A stretch of 64,000 nt of DNA, from contig CAVZQN010000001.1 of NCBI GenBank assembly GCA_963777505.1, positions 160,001 through 224,000 on the forward strand, given 5' to 3'. Shown here one piece after another: positions 50,697 to 59,991 of the stretch. The DNA is from an uncultured bacterium (lineage in GTDB: Bacteria; Acidobacteriota; HRBIN11; JAKEFK01). The translations under genes were made by a program, and so were the position numbers. The notes beneath the pieces were generated by a model. The model saw nothing but the letters and a program-made list of their open reading frames with translations, was not told where the DNA came from and searched no databases. Position 1 is the stretch's first letter; each line of letters starts with the position of its first letter.

Positions 50697-52025
50697 TTAT
50701 TTCTGTGCTGGGATTGTGAGATTCAGTTTTACAAGTCCTGAAGTTTGAAACGACTGTCCAGGAGATGTAAATTGTGCAATTGTGTACAAGGCTGAAAATC
50801 GATATCCAGGCATATTCGCAACTGCAGGCAAAGTGATCAGCTGCGTTGTGATCGCGGTATCCGTCGCAGAAGTCGTATCCACTCTTATTGGTGCTCCCAG
50901 CGCTGCGCCGTTCGCATCCAGAGTTTGAGCCCAAAGAGTAGCGGCACCTGTTTCGCTGAACGGGTTCTCTATCGCCAGAAGGATCCCACGTCGAACTGTA
51001 TTCACGGTATTAAAAGCTACCGACGGATAGAACAATTTTGTGTTATTTTTCGGCGGGCGGAATGCAGTAATGACTGCCCCACTTAACTTTCCGGCTGCAT
51101 CAATTTTACGCCTTCGAATGTTTGCCGTATCAACAAAAAACAGATTACCGGCAGTATTCGTTGTAAACGCGATTCTGCTTCCCCATGCAAAAGCCCCGGT
51201 AATATCAATCGCTGTACTGTTTACCTGTGCAAAGTTCGAAGTAGCAATTCCTGTGAGATCAGCATTCAAAGTGCCCAATGAATAATTGGCTCTGGCGCCT
51301 TGAGTACCGCTTTGAACCTGAACAAATGAAATCAGTAATTTATTATTTCCAGGATGAAATACAGCATCTTGTGCAATCGGTCCCCATAATCGATTGGATT
51401 CAATCACTGTTCTCTGAATGAGTACAGCAGAACCATTTAATGAACCTCCACCTGTGAGCAGCGCACCAACCAGGCCGTTGGTTCCATCATCTGCCTGACC
51501 TGAATTTACAATTTCACGGATCCATAGCAGCACATACGTAGAATTTTGGGCATTGAAGACAAATCTCGCACTAAAATTACCCATCGTAGAAGAGACTGAA
51601 TCTGTCGAAACTTTAGCAGCAGTACCTGAAGGACGCCCTTGCGCATTCAAACGCAAAACATAAACATCCGAACGGATCAATTGAATTTGTGGATTATCAT
51701 CGTAAGCCAGTAAAAATTCGTTTCGCGTCGGATTATAAATGACAGCCGGATGAGCCGCATTCGCTGTACTTACAATCGTAAATCGCGGTGAGGCAGGAAT
51801 CCCTTTAGCATTGATAAGACGACCCAGGATCTGACGTCCGGTACTTGTCACTTTTTCCCAAACAACGAGTGTTACTCCAGTGCGGGTATTGGTTGCCACA
51901 ATCTGATTGGCATGAAATGTATTGGGTTCCTTAGCTATAAATGTACTTTTTTGAGTTTGAATGGACTGAGCTTCTGCAACCGTACTCATTATTAAGACGG
52001 CAAGAAGCATCATAAATCGCTTCAT
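50697..52025 (-). CDS. Secreted hypothetical beta-rich protein
   Basis: SD ggag plus MKRFMMLLAVLIMSTVAEA signal peptide; repeated PAVIYN/VLRLNAQG-like blade motifs. Confidence 0.7.
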   Translation of the reverse strand: MKRFMMLLAVLIMSTVAEAQSIQTQKSTFIAKEPNTFHANQIVATNTRTGVTLVVWEKVTSTGRQILGRLINAKGIPASPRFTIVSTANAAHPAVIYNPTRNEFLLAYDDNPQIQLIRSDVYVLRLNAQGRPSGTAAKVSTDSVSSTMGNFSARFVFNAQNSTYVLLWIREIVNSGQADDGTNGLVGALLTGGGSLNGSAVLIQRTVIESNRLWGPIAQDAVFHPGNNKLLISFVQVQSGTQGARANYSLGTLNADLTGIATSNFAQVNSTAIDITGAFAWGSRIAFTTNTAGNLFFVDTANIRRRKIDAAGKLSGAVITAFRPPKNNTKLFYPSVAFNTVNTVRRGILLAIENPFSETGAATLWAQTLDANGAALGAPIRVDTTSATDTAITTQLITLPAVANMPGYRFSALYTIAQFTSPGQSFQTSGLVKLNLTIPAQK

Positions 52026-52179
52026 GGAATCTCTCCTATTATGGTTTCGACCTTTATCATAAGTAATTCTGTTTAGAGTGTCACTTCTCAAAAAACTGAG
52101 ACTCAACCGCCAAGTCTCCTGAGTTCTTGATGCTCGGCAAAAAAGCTTGTATGATCATGATCTCCCGGAGGTTGCTTTC

Positions 52180-52914
52180 ATGCAAAAGGAATACCATTCT
52201 TGGCACAGCCCTATTCTAGGGATGACGATGCCTGTTGTGGTCTATGGACATTATGGTGCGCCATTATTACTCTTCCCGACCGCAGCGGCCGACTGTGAAG
52301 AATACGAACGTTTTGGCTTAATCGATTCAATTGCCCCTCACATTAATGCCGGAAAAGTTAAGCTATATTCCATAGACAGCATTAACCGTCATAGCTGGAT
52401 GAACAAACAGATCCATCCTGCTGAACGTGCCAATCGGCAGGTACTATATGATGCGTATGTCTATCAAGAAGTTGCTCCATTTATTGAAAATCATTGTAAA
52501 TCTCCGAATATCGGAATTGGAACATCCGGTGCGAGTTTTGGTGCATTTCACTCGCTCAATACTTTGCTCAAACATCCTGATAAATTTCGCTGGACGATTG
52601 CGATGAGCGGCGCGTATGATGTCCGCAGTTTTGCCGATGGGTATTATGATGACAATATTTACTTCAATAATCCCGTAGATTATGTGCCCCAAATGATGGA
52701 TCACAATTTACTTGAACAAATCCGCCAAACAAATATCAATATTGTTACTGGTCAAGGACAATGGGAAAATCCAGATTTTTCTCGCCGGATGTCACAATCC
52801 CTCTGGGATAAAGGGATCTCGCACAATTTAGACCTTTGGGGACATGAATGGCAGCATGATTGGCCAACATGGAAAGTCATGCTTGATGTTTATTTCAAAA
52901 AATTGTTTTACTAA
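52180..52914 (+). CDS. Alpha/beta-hydrolase putative esterase
   Basis: SD ggagg; YGHYG.P.LLFPT, GASFG (GxSxG), MSGAYD, HDWPTW. Confidence 0.88.
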   Translation: MQKEYHSWHSPILGMTMPVVVYGHYGAPLLLFPTAAADCEEYERFGLIDSIAPHINAGKVKLYSIDSINRHSWMNKQIHPAERANRQVLYDAYVYQEVAPFIENHCKSPNIGIGTSGASFGAFHSLNTLLKHPDKFRWTIAMSGAYDVRSFADGYYDDNIYFNNPVDYVPQMMDHNLLEQIRQTNINIVTGQGQWENPDFSRRMSQSLWDKGISHNLDLWGHEWQHDWPTWKVMLDVYFKKLFY

Positions 52915-52945
52915 ACATTCTCATTTCACTAATTAGGAGTCCCTC

Positions 52946-53896
52946 ATGGCAGAACCACTAAAAGTTGGAATACTTACCGGGATGGAATGGTCCTGGCCGC
53001 CTGCATTTATAGAAGAATTAAAAAAACGCGATGAAGGTGTTGTTGCCGAATTCATAAGGCTGGGAGGCACTGAAGAAAATGCACCGATTCCATATCGTGT
53101 GATCGTTGATCGCATTTCGCACGAAGTGCCTTATTACAGATCGTATTTGAAGAATGCGGTTTTACAGGGAGTTGCCGTCATAAACGATCCATTCATGTGG
53201 ACATCGGACGACAAATACTTTGGAGCATCTCTTATTACAAAGCTGGGATTGGCCTCTCCGAAAACAATTGTGCTTCCGAACAAAGATTACATTCCAGGAA
53301 TCGATCGCAGTAAAAGTCTTCGAAATCTTGAATATCCGTTGAATTGGAATGCAATCGTTGATCACATTGGACTTCCGATGGTCCTCAAAGATGCACATGG
53401 TGGAGGCTGGAAGGAAGTTTACATTGTTCACACAATGGATGAATTATTTCGTGCCTATGATCAAAGCGGATTGTTGACAATGATTGCGCAAGAATTCATT
53501 GATTGGGATCACTACATCCGATGTATCTGCATTGGCCGTGAGGAAATTTTGCCAATTAAATACAATCCTAAAGAAAAGAAATATTACGTTGAGCATGAAC
53601 ACATGACACCGGAGCTTGGAACACGTGTGGTCAATGATGCACGTACAATTTGTCGCGCTTTCGGATACGACATGAATACTGTTGAATTTGCAGTGAGAGA
53701 TGGAGTTCCTTATGCAATTGACTTCATGAATCCAGCTCCCGATTTTGATATCTATTCACTGACTCCGTTTTACTTCGAATGGGTTATCGACAAGATGGCA
53801 GACCTCTGTATTAAGCTTGCAAAAAATGATCGCGCCACAGGCGAACGTTATGAATGGTTTAAAATGGCAAAAGATTATGAAAAAGGAAGCCGTTGA
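52946..53896 (+). CDS. RimK/GshB-like ATP-grasp protein
   Basis: VDRISHE, INDPF...DDK, VLKDAHGGGWK, QEFI, MNTVEFAV, AIDFMNPAPD. Confidence 0.85.
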   Translation: MAEPLKVGILTGMEWSWPPAFIEELKKRDEGVVAEFIRLGGTEENAPIPYRVIVDRISHEVPYYRSYLKNAVLQGVAVINDPFMWTSDDKYFGASLITKLGLASPKTIVLPNKDYIPGIDRSKSLRNLEYPLNWNAIVDHIGLPMVLKDAHGGGWKEVYIVHTMDELFRAYDQSGLLTMIAQEFIDWDHYIRCICIGREEILPIKYNPKEKKYYVEHEHMTPELGTRVVNDARTICRAFGYDMNTVEFAVRDGVPYAIDFMNPAPDFDIYSLTPFYFEWVIDKMADLCIKLAKNDRATGERYEWFKMAKDYEKGSR

Positions 53897-55232
53897 TTAT
53901 TTTCACAGTTTACTGAATGAGAAGGTGGCCGGCGAAACATATGCCGCCATGGAAACCCTCCTCAAAGAGCGAAGACTGTTTTTTGGCGGACGTCCTTTGT
54001 GCGTTGTTTTACGACCACACTTTTACACGCCTGATCAATTCGCATATTTAAAAAAAGAGACTGAAATCATTTTGGGCGCCTTTTCAAAGGCACATAATGC
54101 TGCGATGGAACAACCCCAGCTGCGAGCCGATTTTTTTCTCGAACCCTGGGAAGAAGAAATGCTGCATGTTCAAAAAGGTTCCCAGATTCCATGGACTACA
54201 TCGCGTTTGGATTCATTTTACAGTTTGGAGCACAACACCCTTCAGTTCATTGAATACAATGCTGAGACACCTGCAGGAATGGCTTACGAAGATGTTCTGG
54301 CCGAAACATTTCTTGATCTTCCTGTCATGAAGTCGTTTCAACAAAAATACAGCGTTCAACCACTGAAAGTTCGCCACCAATTGCTCGATGCATTAATGCA
54401 AACGTATTCGGATTGGCTTGGAGGTGTAACCTCTGAAAAGCCGCAAATTGCAATCGTTGATTGGGAAGATGTCCCAACACGAAATGAACATCACCTTTGT
54501 AACGAATGGTTTGGATCTCATGGTGTACGAAGTATTCTGTCATCGCCTGAAAGGCTGGTGTATCAAAATGGCCATCTCTGGGATGGTGATTTTAGAGTAG
54601 ACCTGATTTACAAAAGGGTCCTGGGTCAGGAATTGTTTCAGAAAATGGGACGCAACGATGCAATTTTTCGGGCTGTACGGGACGGCGCAGTTTGTATCTC
54701 AAATTCATTTCAAGCATTGCTGCTTTACAAAAAGTCGAGCCTTGCATTCTTGAGCGATGAAGCACATCACCATCTCTTTAATCCGGAGGAGTTGCGAGGG
54801 ATTAACGAGCACATTCCATGGACGCGTGTGGTAGCGGATAGGAATACGTACTATAATAATAGTACTATAAACCTGCTGGATTTTATCAACACAGAAAAGG
54901 ATCGTCTTGTGTTAAAGCCGAACGATTCATACGGCGGAAAGGGTGTCGTTTTGGGATGGGAAGCCACGAAAGACGAATGGGATGCAGCCATAAAAACCGC
55001 ATTGAGCGAACCTTATGTTGTCCAAACAAAAGTAAATATCGCCAGCGAAATGTATCCTTTTTTTTCTGACGGTAAGCTTTCTATTCAGCGAATGTATGTC
55101 GATGCTGACCCTTTTATTTTTATGGGCAAAACAGCCGGCGGCGTCCTGACACGGTTGTCATCCGCTGCTCTGCTCAATGTCACTGCAGGACAGGGTTCTG
55201 CTATACCTAGCTTTATTATCGAAAAAGTGTGA
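53877..55232 (+). CDS. Circularly permuted type-2 ATP-grasp protein
   Basis: SRLDSF, FIEYNAETPAG, IYKR, HIPWTR, LVLKPNDSYGGKGVVLGW, YVVQ, LLNVTAG; ORF track start 53817. Confidence 0.85.
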   Translation: MKKEAVDYFHSLLNEKVAGETYAAMETLLKERRLFFGGRPLCVVLRPHFYTPDQFAYLKKETEIILGAFSKAHNAAMEQPQLRADFFLEPWEEEMLHVQKGSQIPWTTSRLDSFYSLEHNTLQFIEYNAETPAGMAYEDVLAETFLDLPVMKSFQQKYSVQPLKVRHQLLDALMQTYSDWLGGVTSEKPQIAIVDWEDVPTRNEHHLCNEWFGSHGVRSILSSPERLVYQNGHLWDGDFRVDLIYKRVLGQELFQKMGRNDAIFRAVRDGAVCISNSFQALLLYKKSSLAFLSDEAHHHLFNPEELRGINEHIPWTRVVADRNTYYNNSTINLLDFINTEKDRLVLKPNDSYGGKGVVLGWEATKDEWDAAIKTALSEPYVVQTKVNIASEMYPFFSDGKLSIQRMYVDADPFIFMGKTAGGVLTRLSSAALLNVTAGQGSAIPSFIIEKV

Positions 55233-55741
55233 TAGACGCGGGCGAAGACGCGGCGTTACAAAACGGAACGAAAAATATGGAAAAATGGATAGAAGCAGAA
55301 TGGGAAATCAATCCCAACGGTTATCTTGAAATTGAATGGCGTCTGAATCCCGAAGCGCTTGAGTTCATCGAAGGCGTAGGCGACGTTCTTACGTATGGCC
55401 AGGGGGAGCGAATAGTAACACAAGGCGAAACGGGCAACGAGATGTATTTAATCCTGCAAGGAACTGTGCAAGTGATGCGGGATATCGAAGTGGGACAACA
55501 ATTCCTGGCAAAACTCGGACACAATCGTTCTTTCGGAGAAATTGCACTCTTAACTCATTCACCACGCACTGCAACTGTGATTGCAGAAACGCCTGTGCGA
55601 CTTATAAAAATCAGCAGCGAAAATATCAACCGCTTGAGTATCGAAAATCCAAGAATCGCACTCCAAATTTATCGCATTCTTGCAGAATCTCTCGCACAAA
55701 GTCTCCGCCAAACCGGTACAATTCCCAGCCAGCTTCGATAG
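55229..55741 (+). CDS. Stand-alone cyclic nucleotide-binding domain protein
   Basis: IVTQGETG..MYLILQG, SFGEIALL...PRTATV; GTGA overlap with upstream gene (alternative start 55277). Confidence 0.85.
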   Translation: MIDAGEDAALQNGTKNMEKWIEAEWEINPNGYLEIEWRLNPEALEFIEGVGDVLTYGQGERIVTQGETGNEMYLILQGTVQVMRDIEVGQQFLAKLGHNRSFGEIALLTHSPRTATVIAETPVRLIKISSENINRLSIENPRIALQIYRILAESLAQSLRQTGTIPSQLR

Positions 55742-55765
55742 AAAAGTTTATAATCATCAGCTTGT

Positions 55766-56732
55766 ATGAAAACATTACTCTCTTTAGTTGTCATTTTATG
55801 TTTCCCTTTTGATGCATTTACAGGGGAAATCAAAGTTCACTCCAATGGGAATTTGAAACCCATTTTGATGGAGATCAGTCATTATTTTCAGACCCGGTAT
55901 CCGGAAGGCAAAGTCATCATTGAAACTGGAAAGGTTTCAGACATTCAAGAAAAACTCGAAGCACAAGCTGTTGGCGATGTATTAATAGGCGATGAAAAAC
56001 TATTTGAGATGGCTGCTGAAATTAAGGGAATTGACAATGCGAGCCGAAGCATTTTATTTACGGATCCTGTTGTGGCAGTTGCCGATGTCGATAGTGATGT
56101 GGAATTAACTGATCCAAAGGAATTAAATGTTGATAACTTTAAGAAAATCGCCCTGACAGGAGAAAAAACTCCATTAGGAAAGCTTGTTCGTGCTTATCTA
56201 AATCCAAAGGGATTAAAAGATGCGCCGGCAGAAAAGAAAGTTGATGTTGCAGATGCAAAAGCAGCCCTGGATGCTGTAAAAATCGGTGAAGCCAAATGGA
56301 CTCTTGTCTATTCAAGCGATGCTTCCAGACGAAGACTGAAACATCTTTTTCGAGTCCCGGCTAGCGATATTCCTGAAGTTACGTTTTCAGTGGCAATCAT
56401 TAGTCATAGCAAGAATAAAGAAGAAGCCGCAAAGTTTGTTGAGGCATTGCAATCAACGATTTCGAAAAAATTCTATGAGAACGCAGGGTTTGTTGTAAAA
56501 GGATCAACTTCAGGCCCAATGTCCAGTTCAACAAAATCAAAAAAGCAAACAGAACCTCAAACTCAAACACAGACTGCGCACAAACACAGACTGCCCACAA
56601 ACACAAACCTCACCTCAAACTCAATCAAATTCGCAAGACACAACTAAGGCTGCAAAGAAAACTGAATCGGAAGAAGATCAAAAGAAGAAAAAAAAGAAGA
56701 AGAAAGACAAAGATAAAAAAGACAAAGATTAG
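55766..56732 (+). CDS. modA: ModA-like periplasmic substrate-binding protein with Q/T linker and Lys-rich tail (C-terminal frameshifts)
   Basis: KIAL...TPLG, GEA...LVYSSDA, EAAKFVEAL...FYENAGF resemble ModA; two 1-nt deletions at ~56578 and ~56594 extend the ORF to TAG 56730-56732. Confidence 0.65.
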
Positions 56733-56767
56733 TGCACTCAGTGTCTCTGCGGTAAACATATCTCAGC

Positions 56768-56807
56768 AAAAAAGTTCAGCGTCCCGCTGGGAGAAGCGGG
56801 ACGCTGA
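56768..56807 (-). terminator. Rho-independent terminator of BON gene
   Basis: tcagcgtcccgct...agcgggacgctga 13-bp stem with T6 on the minus strand. Confidence 0.7.
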
Positions 56808-56830
56808 TTTCAAGGGAAGTGGAGGGGGAC

Positions 56831-57682
56831 CTACTTATCCTTGTTAGAAGTACTCTTATTGCGAGACGATTCTTTTCCGAAATCCTGCCCGGTTTCCTGA
56901 TTCATACCAAAACTTTCCTGATTTTTGCTTTTAACTCTAATTTGGTTTTGCACATCATGAACACCGGAAATGCTCTCTGCAAGATCTTCTGCCCTTCTTT
57001 TAGCCTGACGATTCTCTACTGTACCTTGCAAAGTCACTTCACAATTTGTGACCTGGACTTCAATCTCACTTGCATCGAGGTCTGGATCCTGAGTTAATCT
57101 TTCATTGATCTCTTCTAGAATCCTTTCATCTGAACGGCGATATCCTTTGGGACCGCGACCGGAAAAACGTCCGGTTGCCTGTTGACCAAAGGACTGTTGA
57201 TCCATCTGACCGCCTCTCCAAAGTTGATTGAATTGATTTGTTCCCTGACCAAAACTTTGCCGTTGTCCAAATCTTTGGTCTTCCAAGCCGCGATCATACT
57301 CTTCTGAATAGGGGCTAGATCCATAATTAGATTGCTTGAACTGGCGTCCCCAACGTGAAGCATCTGTTGGCTCTTGCCATGATTGATTACCACGTTCATA
57401 TTGAGGCTCGCGGCCAAAACCACGATTCTGTTCTCTGTTAAAACGTTCTTGTCCGCCAGAGCCTGACCGTTCAAAATCAGATCCCATTCCGCGATTTTCT
57501 TGACCTCCTGCATATTGCCGAGAGGGGTTCTGTGCTGCCTCAAACCAGTCGGAGTCTTCCTGATTTCTATATCTTTGTTGTCCTTCTGACCTGAAACGTT
57601 CACGATCTCTGTGAGGAAAATTGTTTTCTTGTTCCATATCGCGATCATAGGAGCGATCGCGATCGTTATGTCGATTAGCCAT
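56831..57682 (-). CDS. BON-domain protein with long R/Q/G-rich disordered N-terminus
   Basis: GRGPKGYRRSDERILEEINERLT...EVTLQGTV...AEDLAE..SGVHDVQNQIRV; SD aaggag. Confidence 0.9.
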   Translation of the reverse strand: MANRHNDRDRSYDRDMEQENNFPHRDRERFRSEGQQRYRNQEDSDWFEAAQNPSRQYAGGQENRGMGSDFERSGSGGQERFNREQNRGFGREPQYERGNQSWQEPTDASRWGRQFKQSNYGSSPYSEEYDRGLEDQRFGQRQSFGQGTNQFNQLWRGGQMDQQSFGQQATGRFSGRGPKGYRRSDERILEEINERLTQDPDLDASEIEVQVTNCEVTLQGTVENRQAKRRAEDLAESISGVHDVQNQIRVKSKNQESFGMNQETGQDFGKESSRNKSTSNKDK

Positions 57683-57962
57683 TTCTTATCTCCTTTTTTC
57701 TAATCCAGCCTTCCAAAAAAGACTGGGCGTTAAGTTATTAGTTAACGAGCTGAATCAGTTTTCAGGATTGCTTTTCAACGCAGGGAGAGATGTCTTTACT
57801 GTTCCTTAAAGGAAAAGGCATGACACTTCACTCTCACCGCCGAACTTTTGGGCTGATTTTCTACTTTTATATTCAGCCCTATTCCGAAAATATTCCTGAG
57901 CTTACCTTAATCAAGATCCGAAGGAATCTTGCAGGTACGATCAATAAAAGCAATCCGTCAAT

Positions 57963-58715
57963 TTAAAAAGGATTCAGCTGTTCGTGTGACCCGGTAAATT
58001 TTTCTGTCTCCATATGAGCCTTAAATGTGTGCAAATCCTCTTCGATCTGGGTCTCTGCATTTTCACCAAACAATTTTGCAAAGACAGCTCCGAGTTTTCC
58101 TGCGGGCGGAAGGTACTTCAACGTCACATCAACTTGAGTACGGTTATCATCAAGAGACTGAAAGTGGACAGAGCCCGCATGATCAACATCAGCAGAATCT
58201 AACGATTTCCATCCGATCCTTTCATTAGGCACATCATTTATGATTTCGGCATACCATTCAATTTCCATTCCAGCAGGACCTCGGACTTTCCAATGACTAT
58301 TTCTGTTATCAAGCATTCGTACACTATCAAGATGCTGCATAAAATTTGGGAGATTCTCCAGGTTCCGCCAGAATCTGTAGAGTTCAGATGCCGGCCGTTC
58401 AATAATGACTGTCTTCTCGACTCGTATTCCTGTCTCAGCAGGTACACTTGTTGCCGCTGTACCTTTTCCAGCGGTACCAATGCCCAAGGCCTTATAAATG
58501 CATGAGCGTCCCGTTGCTCCGCGATAAATCAAAGCTCCAGCGCCTAACAACGATAATGCTGTTTTTGTTCTTGATGGTTTCATCAGACCATAAACAATCA
58601 GACCGGCGCCGCTAAGTGTTGAAATTAGACGCTCGACTTTTCCTACATTTGGCGGACGATGGGCTAAACCTACTTTCTGTTCCGGCTGAAAATTACGAAA
58701 CTCTGACTGCATCAA
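57963..58715 (-). CDS. DUF2892 plus SRPBCC (polyketide cyclase-like) protein
   Basis: NVGKVER..S...G, RGATG.S.IY.ALG, YRFWRNLENLPNFM. Confidence 0.88.
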   Translation of the reverse strand: MMQSEFRNFQPEQKVGLAHRPPNVGKVERLISTLSGAGLIVYGLMKPSRTKTALSLLGAGALIYRGATGRSCIYKALGIGTAGKGTAATSVPAETGIRVEKTVIIERPASELYRFWRNLENLPNFMQHLDSVRMLDNRNSHWKVRGPAGMEIEWYAEIINDVPNERIGWKSLDSADVDHAGSVHFQSLDDNRTQVDVTLKYLPPAGKLGAVFAKLFGENAETQIEEDLHTFKAHMETEKFTGSHEQLNPF

Positions 58716-58915
58716 AACACCTCCACTGTTTAATCAAAGAAAAATATAAACCTCCATCGGGGGTTCGCTAGTCATCAAATCTGTTTTTGTTAAGGAAATG
58801 CATTGTGTTTTGTCGTCCAAAAATTAAAAGAATGTAAATAGTATTACGACACTTGTTGACCTCTCCTAAGAAGATCCTAAATTTAAAATCAAATGTGAAG
58901 GGGGATTACTGAAAA

Positions 58916-59989
58916 ATGCCACGAACGATTCATATGAATCAAACTCCGCGTCGTTCAGCGCGAAAAGCTAGACTGCGGTACACAGCTGATTTAGAACCTG
59001 GAATTCAAAGAGTCAAAAACGGGGAGACTTTTATTTATAAATTTCCAAATGGCAAAAAAATTCGCAGCAAAGTCATTTTGGAACGCATTCAAAAGCTTGT
59101 AATTCCTCCCGCCTGGACTGATGTCTGGGTATCGCAGGATCCGAACGGACATCTTCAGGCGACGGGTCGTGATGCTCGCGGCAGAAAACAATATCGATAC
59201 CATCCAAAATGGTCAACGGTTCGTGATGAAAATAAATTCAGCCGAATTGTTTCATTTGGCAAAAAAATTCCACAGATTCGGAAATGCATTCAGGATCATC
59301 TCAGCTTATATGGATTGCCCCGCGAAAAAATCCTCGCAACCGTGGTTCAACTGCTTGAAAAAACATTGATTCGTGTAGGAAATGTTGAATATGCAAAAAC
59401 GAACAATTCCTACGGTCTTACCACAATGAAAGATAAACATGTGAAGATTTCGGGCTCTTCAATGGAATTTCAATTTCGCGGGAAAAGCGGCAAAGAAGTT
59501 AATGTTGGAATAGCAGATCCGCGTCTTGCTCGAATTGTTAAGAAATGCCAGGAACTCCCAGGTCAGCAATTGTTTCAATACATGGAAAATGGCGAACGCA
59601 AAGCAATCAGCTCATCAGATGTCAATGAATATCTCAGAAATGTTGCAGGCGAAGAATTTTCAGCCAAAGATTTTCGAACTTGGGCAGGAACTGTATTAGC
59701 TGCACTGGCACTTCAAGAGTTTGAAAGCTTTGATTCGGAGACGCAGGCGAAAAAAAATGTTGTTGAAGCCATACGGAATGTTTCAAAACGACTTGGAAAT
59801 ACGCCTGCGATTTGCAGGAAATGTTACATCCATCCTGCCGTCATGGATGCTTATTTAGATGGAGATATGGCTAAGATTTTGAAGACACGCACAGAAAAAG
59901 AACTTGTAGATAACTTAACCGACCTTTCCCCCGAAGAAGCAGCCGTACTCGCGTTTCTGGAAAAAAGGCTTCAAAAATCCGCCGCGTAA
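58916..59989 (+). CDS. Bacterial DNA topoisomerase IB
   Basis: IPPAW, GHLQATGRDARGRKQYRYH, IRVGN, FRGKSG, KDFRTW, LGNTPAICRKCYIHP (catalytic Tyr). Confidence 0.95.
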   Translation: MPRTIHMNQTPRRSARKARLRYTADLEPGIQRVKNGETFIYKFPNGKKIRSKVILERIQKLVIPPAWTDVWVSQDPNGHLQATGRDARGRKQYRYHPKWSTVRDENKFSRIVSFGKKIPQIRKCIQDHLSLYGLPREKILATVVQLLEKTLIRVGNVEYAKTNNSYGLTTMKDKHVKISGSSMEFQFRGKSGKEVNVGIADPRLARIVKKCQELPGQQLFQYMENGERKAISSSDVNEYLRNVAGEEFSAKDFRTWAGTVLAALALQEFESFDSETQAKKNVVEAIRNVSKRLGNTPAICRKCYIHPAVMDAYLDGDMAKILKTRTEKELVDNLTDLSPEEAAVLAFLEKRLQKSAA

Positions 59990-59991
59990 CC

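Noticed and set aside
21781-56755. Dispersed repeats as a CRISPR array
   Set aside because: Copies are kilobases apart and degenerate, with no regular spacers
57683-57962. 280-nt intergenic region as a riboswitch or sRNA
   Set aside because: Only short hairpins; no recognisable conserved RNA motif by eye
58916-59989. Tyrosine recombinase/integrase marking a mobile element
   Set aside because: Motifs are those of topoisomerase IB; no att sites or phage genes seen
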